Positions 1 through 18,470 of a stretch of DNA of 64,000 nucleotides are shown here, one piece after another. A model generated the notes under the pieces. It was given only the letters and a program-made list of their open reading frames with translations, ran no database searches and had not been told where the DNA came from. This DNA is from the human T2T-CHM13v2.0 reference genome, Homo sapiens, in the NCBI RefSeq assembly GCF_009914755.1, contig NC_060928.1; one strand, given 5' to 3'. Each line of letters starts with the position of its first letter. Positions within the stretch are counted from its first letter, which is position 1. A program made the position numbers and the translations under genes.

Positions 1-49
1 TCAGTCTCAAAGTTCTGGTGATTTTCAAGAGTTTCTCACATATTTTTCC

Positions 50-762
50 TACTTTCCATGTCTTCTACTATTGCTTTATTTGTCATTTTTGCTTCAGCTA
101 CTGAAACAGCCCCCTGACTAGCCCTCCTGCCTTGAGTCTTGTCCACCTCAAATCCACCAACGATTTACTTGCCAAAGTAGACCTATCCAGGGATATCTAA
201 CATGTAAACTCTCTACTTAAAACTCTTTGTTGATGCCTTCTTACCTGCACTACAAAAGCCAAACCCCTTAGGGTGATCTAAAAAGCCTGGCAAAACTAGG
301 GCTTGACCACTTCTGTCATTCCCCACCTTCCGCATTTACTCTGACAACTGCAGACTGCCAGTGGTTGTCCGTCTAGGCCATGGGGACTATCCTCAGGTCT
401 TTGCTTATGCTGTTACTCCTGTTTGAAATCCTCTTCACATCTTTCCCTTCAGCTCCCCACCTCTCTCCCTCCTTCATTTATCCTTTCAAACTGGTTTCTG
501 GGGTCTCCCTGATCTCCCCTCAACCTCCAGCTAGGCTAAGCTGGGTGACTCTCCCGTATGGCTAAGCTGGGTGACTTTCCTGTATGGCTAAGCTGGGTGA
601 CTCTCCTGTATGCCTCTATCTTGTACTTACCCTGTGTACTGTCATGAATTCTTTCTCACTTTCTCTTCTTTACTAAGCAAGGGCGGGAACTGACATTCTC
701 GTCATTATAATTCTGGTACTTACCATAGTTCCTGGCACTGTTTAGTTGCTCCACAATTGAAT
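50..762 (+). mobile_element. Degenerate L2 3' fragment
   Basis: L2-like phrases, ending ATAGTTCCTGGCACTGTTTAGTTGCTC...TTGAATG. Boundaries approximate. Confidence 0.5.
534..611. repeat. 26-bp tandem repeat, 3 copies (GGCTAAGCTGGGTGACTYTCCYGTAT)
   Basis: Units at 534-559, 560-585 and 586-611 differ by 1-2 nt. Confidence 0.92.
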
Positions 763-2351
763 GCCAAGATGCTATCCCCTTGGCCACCACGTGCATGGAT
801 CTTTGAATCATAACCAAAAGTGATTTCACATTCAAACTTTAGAGATTGAAATGAATCATCTTCATATTTAGTAAGTGGAAAAGATGTTTCTTTTATATAT
901 CTCTAATACAAATAACTTACCAGGTTAAAAGGGTGAGATAATAAGGCTGATACACTTTATTCATTGTTTAAATTGATATATATATATATTTTTTAAATTG
1001 ATACATATGTTTTTAAGTAATTAATGTGCAATCATGGTATTTACACTGTAGCAATTAAAATTAAGGTAGCTTTGTTACTAAATGATTATGGTGGGGATAT
1101 AGTTATTTAGACTCTCAAGAGTAGAACTGCATAGTTATTTAAATATTGATTCTGTGGGTACAGATAGGTATTGTTGAAATAAGTGATATTTGGTTGATAA
1201 TCTGCAATAAGTGAGGCTTAGTGCCTATGATGATGCCACACACTGGGAACCAACAAGTCCCAAAGAAATGTTAGTTTTGATATTTTCAGCTTGTTAGGCA
1301 TTTTTAAAAATGACTCATATGTAGCTGAAAATTCTGTATTAATGACCAGCCACAGACCAGGGCAGTGGTTAGTTTGAGTTGAGTAATAGAATAGTATATT
1401 TTGGGGGCTAATTTTCAAAGTGTTTAGAAAGAGACATTTGACTTTTAAGTTAAGAGAACTGGAGTTGCTAATAAACACTGCAGAAAACAGAAATGTCTTC
1501 TATCTGATTTAATGATTACAACACAAATTATACTCTTTCAGGCCGGGATATTACAGCTCATGTTTCTGAAAAGACTCTCTACATGTTAATTTTTCCACTA
1601 TTACTAGTTTCACTTTAAAGAATAGCAGTTTGAAAGGTAAACTGTTCATAACATTGAACAGGGTAGAGTTTAGGTTTGTTACCATGAGTATTTTTGCTCC
1701 TTAATGCTATTTCAATCATTTTAATAGCAGTAATTTTGTTTTTTTTTTCAGTGGCATACTTCCCAGTTAAAAATATTTTTTATAATCACGATGAATTATG
1801 TAATATGTGCTTTTTTTTTTCTACTACAATTTTTCATAAAAAGGAGTTTTATGGAAATTATAGACAGTAAAGTGATCATTACTATATTAACTGTGATTAT
1901 AAATGGGTTGTTTTCAGGACAGATTTTAGTTCATGGTGAAGTGAATGTTTCTTTTTTGAAAACTTATGTAAAAGTCTGTTAAAGCTGGCTTTAGCTTTCA
2001 TTTTAACCTGACAGCCATCCTAAATAATTTCTATGCAAATAATAGATTTTCATGTACAATTTCCAAATGGCATGCTTGTGTGGATATAATTGCATAATCA
2101 ACTGCTAATGCAAATTATCATTCAGTGAAATTGTTTAAAGTGAGCAGTAACCACACAGTGGTTGATTTAATTTTTTTCAACTCATAGATTCTATAAGGGG
2201 ACCATCTCTTTTTTCATTGGTTTTCCTTTCTATTGCTATGCCTTTTTGATTCCTTCTCCCCCAACTCCTATTCAAAGCTCTACAAAAAAAGCATCCTATA
2301 TGAAATAATGTTGAGGATCACAATAAATTAGAAATAGTAAGGATAATTTGA

Positions 2352-3065
<714 letters not shown>

Positions 3066-4435
3066 TAATGATGACACCTTGCGGGAAATGTGATAAAAAC
3101 AATTATATACAGTCTCCACAGATAAAGAACTGATTAATGACATTTGGTACAGTAGAGAAATGGTTACACATGGTGCACTACAAGGCACAGTGTTCTTAAA
3201 ATGACCAGTTCAGTGTGTTGAGTATGTGTGTGCCTTGTTCAGGCCAAGAAATAGCTTACCTAATTTTCAAGTTTTGAATTATATAATTTTATTTCATCTT
3301 GGTTATATTTGCTGACAAGAAAAAAAACGTTGATCATAGAGTGATAATTTAGGTTTGAATGGCTATATCCAGTAACAGGATACAAAAATATATAATTTAT
3401 GAATAAAAATACTTTTAAATTGTATGTTTGCACTTGAGTACACTAAGTTCTTGGAGTGGTTTTCAACTGTTTCATTTGGCATATTTTGCAACAGTGGTGT
3501 TATATATAAATTTCCTTTTAAGGGCGTGTGTCATAAAATATATCTGTCATAAAATAGCCCACCAATTTTCAAGAAAAATAAACCCACAAATTATTCTGAA
3601 TATATATTAAGATGAACATTTTGTGTTGCTGATAAATTTTAAGCTGTTAGATACAATGTTTGAGTTAGTAGCAATCTAATTACTTAAAGATAAATGAGTA
3701 AAATTTGAGGATATATTATTACTAAAATTTAAAAGTAATAACAGTTCTAAAAGCTGACAGTCTTTTAAGTTTATCTAGCATAAGAGGTTTAAATGAAGAA
3801 CATTTACAGATAAATTTACAAATATTTCCAACTTTAAATCTGAATTTCATTTGTTTGTTCACTGATTTGACAGTTTGTTTTTTTAGCATCTGCTAAGTGC
3901 CAGGAATACAAAGATTACTTTACTGATCCAATTATTTCTTGAAAGGAGCTATGTTTTAGTGGAAGAGACGGGTTACAGATAGGCAGGCAGCTCCTCACTG
4001 TCTGATAAGTGTCATCATAGGGGTTTACAAGGAGGATCATATGGAATCTTGTAAGAAGGGCATCTGTGGCAAAGTATGTGTTCCAGAATGATCTCAACAG
4101 GATCTGCACACTTTCTTAAAATGTAGTGTTGATACTCCTCCCATGGAGAGTTGTGCTCTGTGTCATTGAATCTGGGTGGGCCGGTGACTACAGCTTAATT
4201 GGTGCCATGTGACTTAAGAGGTTGGATCATAAAAGGTGATGCAGCTTCTGCCTGGTTATTTTGGGGATACTTGCCCTTAGAACCCAGTCACCATTGTGTG
4301 AAGAGGTCAAGACACCAGTGATCCAGCTGATAGCCCCAACTGAAGCCCTCGCCACCAGATGTGAGTGAGAAGCCTTTAAGATGACTCCAGCCCCAACCAC
4401 CATCTGCCTGTAACTGCATGAGGAATCCCAAGTGA

Positions 4436-5164
<729 letters not shown>

Positions 5165-6141
5165 TTGTTTGGATGACTTATTATGCAACAATAGATGACT
5201 GGAACAGGGGCTAATACATACTTACATTCTCTTGGGTCCTCTACTTTCCTTCTTGTGAAATGATAGGATAGAACTAAATATCTCTATGGTTTGTTCTTTT
5301 AGTTCTGTAAAAGGAGCCAGAATTCATTTAACGTGCCCCCCTTTCAGTGGTGTTTCCTGTGAGTTGGTAGTTAGATCTTGAGGCCTATCAAACATATTTT
5401 ATAGGTGGTCTGTGTGCTTCCATCAGGAACAACATATTATCTGCTGTTTTTCTTTTTGTGATATTAACAGTTATTGATGATCATTGCCTAAATCCATTAA
5501 TTCATTAAGGGACTGCAAAATGGTGATATTCCAATTCTGTCAGTCTTTCTCGATATTTCAGTTAGACTACTTTCATAAAAAGAAGCTCCCCCTCACCTCT
5601 GGTAACCTTGACATATGGTTTAGACAGGAAAGGCAGGATAAATGTCTGATTTTTCTTCATTTAACAGTTTTCACAAAAGCAAGTTGGTACCATTATTCAA
5701 GGACTTCAGAATGGTAGGTTGGGAGGGGCCTTAATTCTCTCTAGTTTGGTGCCCACATATTATAGACGAGGGGTTGAGATTGAAACTCAAAAAAAAATAA
5801 CAAAATTTATTGTTAGTAAATGCATTGGCAGAAAACATTGAGTTTTGAATGTATAAAATGGCAGTATAGTAACTGCTTTTCAAAAACCAGATTCCCTTTC
5901 CCTGAAGTCAAATTTGGCTTAATTAAAAGGATCAATTTCAATTCACAATTTGATCTCATTTTTCTGTCCCATACATATGTGCCACTCCTTCTATCCATAA
6001 ATCCCCACCTCTAACAAGCAAGCCTGATTTATTTTTTTCCTAACTGACCTCCAGATACACCTTGTGTGTCCATCTTTGCTTTTTAGCATTCGTGATTCCT
6101 TTTTTGGTGCATCACAAAGATTGCTTTGTATTACTAGGCTA

Positions 6142-6618
6142 GTGCATTCATCTTCTATTGCTGCCGTGACAAATTACCACAAACTTAGTGGTTTAAAACA
6201 ATACAGATTTATCATCTTGCAATAATGTAAGCCAGAAATCTAAAATGGGTCTTCTTGTATGAAAATCAAGGTGTCCACAGGGCTACATTCCTTTTGGAGG
6301 CTCCAGGGAAGAATCCCATTCCTTGGCCAGCTTTCAGAGGCTACCTGCATTCTTTGGCTTGTGGTCCTGTCCTCCATCATCAAAGCCAGCAGCATAGCAT
6401 CTTCCAGTCTCTCTCATGCTGACCCTGACACTTTTGCCTTCCTCCTATAAAGACCTTTATCTTTACCTGACGATCATTCGGATAATCCAGGACAGTCTTC
6501 CAATCTTTTAAGTTAATTACAACTGCAAAGTCCTTCTTGCTGTGTAAGGTAGCATATTCAGAGATTTCAGGGATTGAAACATAGACATCTTTGGGGGGCA
6601 ATTATGCTGCCTACCTCA
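6142..6618 (-). mobile_element. MLT1 (C/D-like) MaLR solo LTR
   Basis: TTGCTGCCGTGACAAATTACCACAAACTTAGTGGTTTAAAACAA...CTGCCTACCTCA, the typical reverse-complement of an MLT1 LTR. Confidence 0.8.
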
Positions 6619-8424
6619 GTGGGGGGTTTTTTGGTAAAATATGAGTTTTTTTTCTTTTTGTGATAGTAATAATATACGTTCATTGTAGACAATTTAGAAA
6701 ATACAATTAAGCAAAAAAGAAAAATTCCATATACCCAAAGACAACATTTTGTTATATATCCTCCCTTTTCCTACATTTATATACAATAATCTTTTGTCAA
6801 AAATAATTTAAGTTGTATATTCATTTTATATATAGTATAAACACAGCAGTAAACAAACTTTTGCATATATATTTTCATAGCCCTTGGTGCCTTATGTAGT
6901 AGCCCTTTAGTACACATATGTTGTTTGATGTTAAGTATATACTGAGAAATTGATGGCTTTTCTCACATAATTTAACTTTACATTGAGGAACTGTGATAAA
7001 CTGATCTCTTTTTAAAATATTTTATTTGGTTCTTAAATATATCTCTTAATAAAAATTTTCTCATATTTCTACCCAGGCCATTTCTTATTTAACAATGCAA
7101 ATCAATCATATAATTCATTCCCTTTTAGCCTTTGAAATGGGACAGATCATATTAATGACTCCCGTGTACTTATGGAGAAAGACCTTTCCTTGGGTTTAGG
7201 ATGTCCACTGCAAAGGTGCGATGTCCGGGAAGCCAGCCATCTCTGAGTCACTTCACAGAAGTGTTCAGAAACACTAGAGGAAAACAAATGTCTGGGAGAA
7301 TGAGAAGTGGATATAATATTTATTTCATAGAATGGGAAAATTTTCTACTAAACATTTAAAAATATTGGGTATACTACACTTGCTTTCAGAATTTATTTTC
7401 ATATATTTTTATGATGAACCATCTCCTCTTTTTAGAGGTTTGTTAGACTTGATAATTTTAGATAATACTCCCTATAACACTCAGCTACAGGAATGTATTC
7501 ATTAGGATTTGGAGAAAAAAGTCATTTGGCACATCATCCAATGGAGTTTTAGTTTAAAGTAACAAATTTAAAATGTTTTTACTATTTCTGTGCCCTGAGG
7601 ATAACAAACTATAGACAACAGAACTAATCATTAGGATAGTCCAAAAGTGGTTTCATTTTACATTGACACAGCTATACTGTGTCCATCATTCCTTTATTTT
7701 CTTTTAATCACTATAGCTATAAGTAATTTGATATAGTACTTTTGTTTAATCTCTTATATAGGAGAAATTAAACAGGCATCTTGTTGTGTTTTTTTTTTTC
7801 CAAGTGGACTTCAAGTTGAAAGTTTATTTTGGTCTGCAAGTTCTTACTTTTAAGAAAAGTTTGTCCAAAGTGCTGTAATAGTTAACCATCATAATGACTT
7901 GGTGCCCATGCTTGCAAAACTCCCATCTGAGTTGTATCTCTTGAGCATCTAAACCTAGTTCAAGCCTTCACAGTTGGCCTAAGAAAGTACTCCTGCTTAC
8001 TCTGCACTTAACCCCATTCTCATTCAATAGAGTATCAAGGAGAGGAAGGAAAAAAAGGAGGAATAGCAGTACCTACAGTGGCAACATTTTCATCTGTTTG
8101 CCAACCCTACAGATGGCCAAGTGATGCCTAATAATGGGTTGCCTTAAAGGAAAGGAACTCTGAACTTAGGGAACACCAATCTTTTATAAAGAACAGTTAT
8201 TAATAATAAGATATTGAGCACAGCATTGACCTTATTATACCATTCAGTAAACAAGCTTGACCTTTGCTCAGGATGGAAACATATCTCTGTTGTCCAAGGC
8301 TGTTCATTACACGAACGTCTTTGAAAAGACAGTCTAGAACAAAGACTCTCAATGCCTCGGCTTGTAAGATGTACAGAAACATGAGACTCATGAAGAATTA
8401 TCTACCAACACGATTCTACATATA

Positions 8425-8649
8425 CAGGTTGAGTACTCCTTCTTCAAAATACCTGGGACCAGAAGTGCTTCCAATTTTTTTTTTTTTAATATTGCATTAT
8501 ACTTACCTGTTGAGCATCCCAAATCTGACAATCCTAAATCCAAAATGCTCCAATGAGCATTTCCTTTGAGGGTCACGTTGGTGCTCAAAAAGTTTTGGAT
8601 TTTGGAGGATTTTGGATTTTCAATTTTTGGATTTGGGATACTTAGCCTG
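8425..8649. mobile_element. Tigger4a/MER46-type non-autonomous DNA transposon
   Basis: TA-flanked terminal inverted repeats CAGGTTGAGTA...TACTTAGCCTG; internal ATCCAAAATGCTCCAATGAGCATTTCCTTTGAG. Confidence 0.8.
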
Positions 8650-8684
8650 TATACATGTTTATTATCCATCTTCCCCAAAGAATA

Positions 8685-8805
8685 TTAAGCTCCCTGAGAG
8701 TAGAGATTTTGTCTTTGTTCAATTCTTTGTCTCTAGTGCTTAGAAGAGTGCCTGGCACACATTAAGTGCTCAGTAAATATTTCTTAAATGAATGGATGAA
8801 TATGA
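8685..8805 (+). mobile_element. L2 3' end
   Basis: AAGCTCCCTGAGAGTAGAGA...GTGCCTGGCACACATTAAGTGCTCAGTAAATATT...AATGAATG. Confidence 0.75.
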
Positions 8806-9405
8806 ATTATTTCATCAATTTCCTAATAATATATTTAGGAATGATGAGAAAAATAACTTTGGTATGTCTATATTTCTATTAATATAGCTCACTGGTATTT
8901 TGATAGTATCTTTAATTATGTTCTGAAAGTGAATTTCCATTTTAACACTGATATTTATTTTATTATCAGATTTGGAAAACATACACATTTCTTTTAAAGT
9001 ACACGGAAAAGGAAATTTTTACCAAACATGCAGTGTATTTTGATATGGTTGGGGCCTTTGAAGCAAAGAACTGTTTGTAGACATAGATCAATAACAGAAG
9101 TGAATACTATAGCATATTGTGTTATGATATGCCACATGGATTTAATTAGAATTTCAGGTGGGTTTTTGTTTTGTTTTGTTTTAATTTTTTAATTTTTTTT
9201 ATTATACTTTAAGTTTTAGGGTACATGTGCACATTGTGCAGGTTAGTTACATATGTATACATGTGCCATGCTGGTGCGCTGCACCCACTAACTCATCATC
9301 TAGCATTAGGTATATCTCCCAATGCTATCCCTCCCCCCTCCCCCCACCCCACCACAGTCCCCAGAGTGTGATGTTCCCCTTCCTGTGTCCATGTGATCTC
9401 ATTCT

Positions 9406-13255
<3,850 letters not shown>

Positions 13256-13291
13256 TTAGTTGATGCAGTTTCTTCGTAGTCTCAATGGTCT

Positions 13292-14308
13292 TTACATTTT
13301 GGCATGATTTTGCAGCGGCCGGTACCGGTTGTTCCTTTCCATGTTTAGTGCTTCCTTCAGGAGCTCTTTTAGGGCAGGCCTGGTGGTGACAAAATCTCTC
13401 AGCATTTGCTTATCTGTAAAGTATTTTATTTCTCCTTTGCTTATGAAGCTTAGTTTGGCTGGATATGAAATTCTGGGTTGAAAATTCTTTTCTTTAAGAA
13501 TGTTGAATATTGGCCCCCACTCTCTTCTGGCTCGTAGGGTTTCTGCCGAGAGACCCGCTGTTAGTCTGATGGGCTTCCCTTTGAGGGTAACCCGACCTTT
13601 CTCTCTGGCTGCCCTTAACATTTTTTCCTTCATTTCAACTTTGGTGAATCTGACAATTATGTGTCTTGGAGTTGCTCTTCTCGAGGAGTATCTTTGTGGC
13701 CTTCTCTGTATTTCCTGAATCTGAACGTTGGCCTGCCTTGCTAGATTGGGGAAGTTCTCCTGGATAATATCCTGCAGAGTGTTTTCCAACTTGGTTCCAT
13801 TCTCCCCATCACTTTCAGGTACACCAATCAGACGTAGATTTGGTCTTTTCACATAGTCCCATATTTCTTGGAGGCTTTGCTCATTTCTTTTTATTCTTTT
13901 TTCTCTAAACTTCCCTTCTCGCTTCATTTCATTCATTTCATCTTCCATTGCTGATACCCTTTCTTCCAGTTGATTGCATCGGCTCCTGAGGCTTCTGCAT
14001 TCTTCACGTAGTTCTCGAGCCTTGGTTTTTAGCTCCATCAACTCCTTTAAGCACTTCTCTATACTGGTTATTCTAGTTATACATTCATCTAAATTTTTTT
14101 CAAAGTTTTCAACTTCTTTGCCTTTGGTTTGAATGTCCTCTCGTAGCTCAGAGTAATTTGATCGTCTGAAGCCTTCTTCTCTCAGCTCGTCAAAGTCATT
14201 CTCCATCCAGCTTTGTTCCGTTGCTGGTGAGGAACTGCGTTCCGTTGGAGGAGGAGAGGTGCTCTGCGTTTTAGAGTTTCTAGTTTTTCTGTTCTGTTTT
14301 TTCCCCAT
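13292..14308 (-). CDS. L1 ORF1p, intact 338 aa
   Basis: Full-length open frame MGKKQNRK...NHAKM with the REKG, ARR and YPAKLS motifs retained. Confidence 0.93.
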   Translation of the reverse strand: MGKKQNRKTRNSKTQSTSPPPTERSSSPATEQSWMENDFDELREEGFRRSNYSELREDIQTKGKEVENFEKNLDECITRITSIEKCLKELMELKTKARELREECRSLRSRCNQLEERVSAMEDEMNEMKREGKFREKRIKRNEQSLQEIWDYVKRPNLRLIGVPESDGENGTKLENTLQDIIQENFPNLARQANVQIQEIQRRPQRYSSRRATPRHIIVRFTKVEMKEKMLRAAREKGRVTLKGKPIRLTAGLSAETLRARREWGPIFNILKEKNFQPRISYPAKLSFISKGEIKYFTDKQMLRDFVTTRPALKELLKEALNMERNNRYRPLQNHAKM

Positions 14309-15210
14309 CTTTGTGGTTTTATCTACTTTTGGTCTTTGATGATGGTGATGTACAGATGGGTTTTTGGTGTGGATGTCCTTTCTGTTTGTTAGTTTTCCTT
14401 CTAACAGACAGTACCCTCAGCTGCAGGTCTGTTGGAATACCCTGCCGTGTGAGGTGTCAGTGTTCCCCTGCTAGGGGGTGCCTCCCAGTTAGGCTGCTCG
14501 GGGGTCAGGGGTCAGGGACCCACTTGAGGAGGCAGTCTGCCCATTCTCAGATCTCCAGCTGCGTGCTGGGAGAACCACTGCTCTCTTCAAAGCTGTCAGA
14601 CAGGGACATTTAAGTCTGCAGAGGTTACTGCTGTCTTTTTGTTTGTCTGTGCCCTGCCCCCAGAGGTGGAGCCTACAGAGGCAGGCAGGCCTCCTTGAGC
14701 TGTGGTGGGCTCCACCCAGTTGGAGCTTCCTGGCTGCTATGTTTACCTAAGCAAGCCTGGGCAATGGGGGGCGCCCCTCCCCCAGCCTCGCTGCCGCCTT
14801 GCAGTTTGATCTCAGACTGCTGTGCTAGCAATCAGCGAGACTCCGTGGGCGTAGGACCCTCCGAGCCAGGTGCGGGATATAGTCTCGTGGTGCGCCGTTT
14901 TTTAAACCGGTCCGAATAGCGCAATATTCGGGTGGGAGTGACCCGATTTTCCAGGTGCGTCCGTCACCCCTTTCTTTGACTCGGAAAGGGAACTCCCTGA
15001 CCCCTTGCGCTTCCCAAGTGAGGCAATGCCTCGCCCTGCTTTGGCTTGCACACGGTGTGCGCACCCACTGACCTACGCCCACTGTCTGGTACTCCCTAGT
15101 GAGATGAACCCGGTACCTCAGATGGAAATGCAGAAATCACCTGTCTTCTGCGTCGCTCACACTGGGAGCTGTAGACGGGAGCTGTTCCTATTCGGCCATC
15201 TTGGCTCCTC
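14309..15210. promoter_or_regulatory. L1 5'UTR bidirectional promoter (sense promoter fires on -, antisense promoter on +, toward the INTU exon at 15601)
   Basis: CpG-rich L1 5'UTR with intact YY1 motif. The promoter function of this region is established for young L1PA elements; activity of this copy is not shown. Confidence 0.7.
14764..14919 (+). CDS. L1 ORF0 (antisense ORF), truncated to 51 aa by TAG at 14917, with donors SD1 (14869|14870) and SD2 (14954|14955) intact
   Basis: GCAATGG Kozak context; MGGAPPPASLPPCSLISDCCASNQRDSVGVGPSEPG matches ORF0. CCAG|GTGCGG and CCAG|GTGCGT lie at nt 106 and 191 from the ATG. Expression is unknown. Confidence 0.8.
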   Translation: MGGAPPPASLPPCSLISDCCASNQRDSVGVGPSEPGAGYSLVVRRFLNRSE

Positions 15211-15560
15211 TGTTTTGTTTTTACTGTGGGTCTAAGTGGTTAGATTCAGTTTTGTCAAGTACAGTATTTGGTTCATGCTAACAAATTTTCCATTTGTTCT
15301 TTGGGTTTACATAATTCTCCCAATTGTATCAAGAATAAAAATAGTTATTTTTTAAAATATTCATAGGTTGTATTATTTATGGTGCAATAATGGGCAGTAT
15401 TATAGATTAAGAAGAGTAAAGTTAGGAGAGTAGCCCTGCCACCAATGAGCTGTATAAACCTGGACAAGTTCCTGCTTGTCTGCACCAGATTTCTCACTGT
15501 ACTTTGAGGATGTCAGAGTAGCTGTTTAATGTTCCAATTCTAGACCTCTATGGTTTTTAG

Positions 15561-15713
<153 letters not shown>

Positions 15714-16414
15714 TGATGTTACATAAAATAAATATATAAATATATCGTGCACTATTTTCCTTTTTAAGCGTCTGAAAAGTATCATGTATAATGGATGAGT
15801 TACACTGATACTTGCCTATTTAAGAAAATTTAGCTCTTGCTAATATTATTAGCTTCTGGAGATTATTCTAAAAAGAGAGAAAAATATCTACAAGTAAAAT
15901 TCTACATAAAGCAGTAACAGCAACAGTAATGAAAACATACATAATTGCAAACTTGCCATTATAACTACCATATATGCTTGTGACAATCTGGTTCCTAGAA
16001 GAGTCATTTTAAATAGTCAGGGAGTTTTCTGTTCTCTGACTTACTAAGATCACTGTTGCTATAATGTTTTTTTTTCCAATGTGATTTTATTTTAAAAACA
16101 AATCATACAAGTTTCTTGATTTTTTTTGTTATTTAATTAAGCTTTTCTCCTGGACTTTTGTTTGGCTACTTAAGGAATTATTTTTCAATCCTTGTAGATA
16201 GAAATAAATTTATTTTATAAAAAGTAATTTTGATACCCTAAACATTGACATTGTGTATCGTAGATGATGTTTTTCAATTATTAGGGGTATTTTGCAAGTG
16301 CTATACCTTTTGGTAACAGAGTATACCATGAATACTCTGTTCTAGATAGCATCAGGAATTAGCATTCTCTTTTTGGGGGGATAGGGAAGATTATATGCTT
16401 TATGTGGGTTAGAG

Positions 16415-16950
16415 CAGGGGTCCCCAAACCCTGGGCCACGGACTGGTAGTGGTTCGTGGCCTGTTAGGAACTGGACTCCACAGCAGGAAGTGAGCAGTGG
16501 GCAAGCGAGCAAAGCTTCATCTGTATTTACAGCTGCTCCCCATCGCTCACATTAGTGTCTGAGCTCCACCTCCTGTTAGATCAGGGGTGGCATTAGATTC
16601 TCCTAGGAGCACGAACCCTATTGTGATCTGTGCATGAAAGGAAGGGATCTAGGTTGTATGCTCCTTATGAGAATCTAATGCCTGATGATTTGTCACTGTC
16701 TCCCATCACCCCCAGATGGGACCATCTAGTTGCAGGAAAACAGATTCAGGGTTCCCACTGATTCTACATTATGGTGAGTTGTATAATTATTTCATTATAT
16801 ATTACAATGTATTATAATAATAATAGAAATAAAGTGCACAATAAATGTAATGTGCTTGAATCATCCTGAAACCGTCCCCCAACCCTGGTCTGTGGAAAAA
16901 TCGTCTTGCATGAAACCAGGCCCTGGTGCCAAAAAGTCTGGAGACTGGTG
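16415..16950 (+). mobile_element. MER1A (hAT-Charlie) element, full length
   Basis: CAGGGGTCCCCAA start, ~536 bp, degenerate 8-bp TSD GGTTAGAG / GGACAGAG. Confidence 0.88.
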
Positions 16951-17838
16951 GGACAGAGGACCCATCAGGCAGTGAGAGGATGAAGTCGTTTTTGGATTGG
17001 TCAGGTTGAAGAATAGAATCCCTGATAAATCAGAATCTCAGCTGCATCTGATTTGAGATTCTGAAATAATAAGGCACATGATGAAATTCCTTATTTTCTG
17101 GGAAACAAGGTTTCCCTAATGCCCATTTATTTGTTTTAAACATACTTTGTATGCACATGTATGTGTGCGCATGCACACACACACACAGATGCTCTGTAAA
17201 TTTAGCTATCTTTGGAAATGTAAAATGAAAGTGCTGGAATAACTATGGTAGCTGAGACCAGCAATGCCTAGGAATGGATAGCGAGATGGAGATGGAGATG
17301 GAGATGGGGTGGTGTTTGAAATAGTAACAATCAGGGGGACATCAGCCAGCCATGGTGCTAGAGTAGGTTGTACTGTTACCCACTTTAGTCACTAGATGTG
17401 GGGAGGTCCAACAGAGGGTACTAGGGTACTTCAGGGTGCTCAGACAGCAGCTACTTATTGATTAATAGTGAAGAATTGCAGTATTTTGACAAGTGAGTCA
17501 GCTTCCCCCAAGTGGAGTAGCTATGTATTATCCTGAGTGAGGGATCCCCTTTTCTTGCCTATGTTGGTTGCAGGTGTGCTTCCAGTATTGCCAGAGTTCA
17601 ATCATGTCTATTCTTTCTTCAAAAATATGAAAAGTTATGTTTACAGCAGAATCACATTATACTTATATTTAATTAACCTTTGCAAATTCAACTGTGCACA
17701 CTTAGCAGAAGAAAAAGGGAGAGAAAGAAATTAGGATTTAATATTTTGGACCAGTTCCATCCACAATTAATCCATCCTTGTTAAACATGCAAGAGGAGTC
17801 AAGTATACATTTATTGTATGCACGATTTCTATTAGTAT

Positions 17839-18186
17839 GAAATAATTATACAACTCACCATAATGTAGAATCAGTGGGAGCCCTGAGCTTGTATTCCTGC
17901 AACTAGATGGTCCCATCTGGGGGTGACAGGAGACAGTGACAGATTATCATGCATTAGATTATCATAAGGAGTGCACAACCTAGATCCCCCACATGCACAG
18001 TTCACAACAGGTTTTGTGTTCCTGGGAGAATCTAATGTCACCACTGATCTGACAGGAGGTAGAGCTCAGGCAATAATGTGAGTGATGGGGAGTGGCTATA
18101 AATATGAATGAAGCTTCGCTCACTGGCCACTCACCTCCTGCTATGCCACCTGGTTCCTAATGGTTCTGGTACCTGTCCATGGCCTG
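17839..18186 (-). mobile_element. MER1A partial copy, inverted relative to 16415-16950
   Basis: Reverse complement aligns to the first ~385 nt of the upstream MER1A (e.g. ATAATTATACAACTCACCATAATGTAGAATCAGTGGGA). Confidence 0.88.
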
Positions 18187-18470
18187 TAAGAAGATGCCCT
18201 TATCCTTAGGAGATACCTGCTGAAGTACTTAGGGACAATGTGTTAAAATACCTGCAAATAATTTGCAGGTTCAGCCAAGAAACTTAAAAAATACATATAG
18301 AGAAGAGAGGAGTATGGAAGGAAAGGAAAGGAAGACCAGAGAGAAGAGACAAAATGAAGCAAATGTGACAAAATGTGAGCAATAGTGCCATTAGGTGTGG
18401 GATTATGGGCAATCATTGTTCTCTTCTTACAACTTTTCTGTAGTTTTAAAATTTCTAAAATAAAATGTTG
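18187..18470 (+). mobile_element. Old L1M (MC/ME-like) 3'UTR fragment
   Basis: CCTTAGGAGATACCTGCTGAAGTACTTAGGG...CAACTTTTCTGTAGTTTTAAAATTTCTAAAATAAAA. Confidence 0.6.

Noticed and set aside
534-611. Short direct repeats superficially like a CRISPR array
   Set aside because: The units are contiguous with no spacers, there are no cas genes, and the context is a eukaryotic intron.
8120-8420. Possible ERV-LTR-like fragment
   Set aside because: I could not assign a family or boundaries by eye; it needs a Dfam search.
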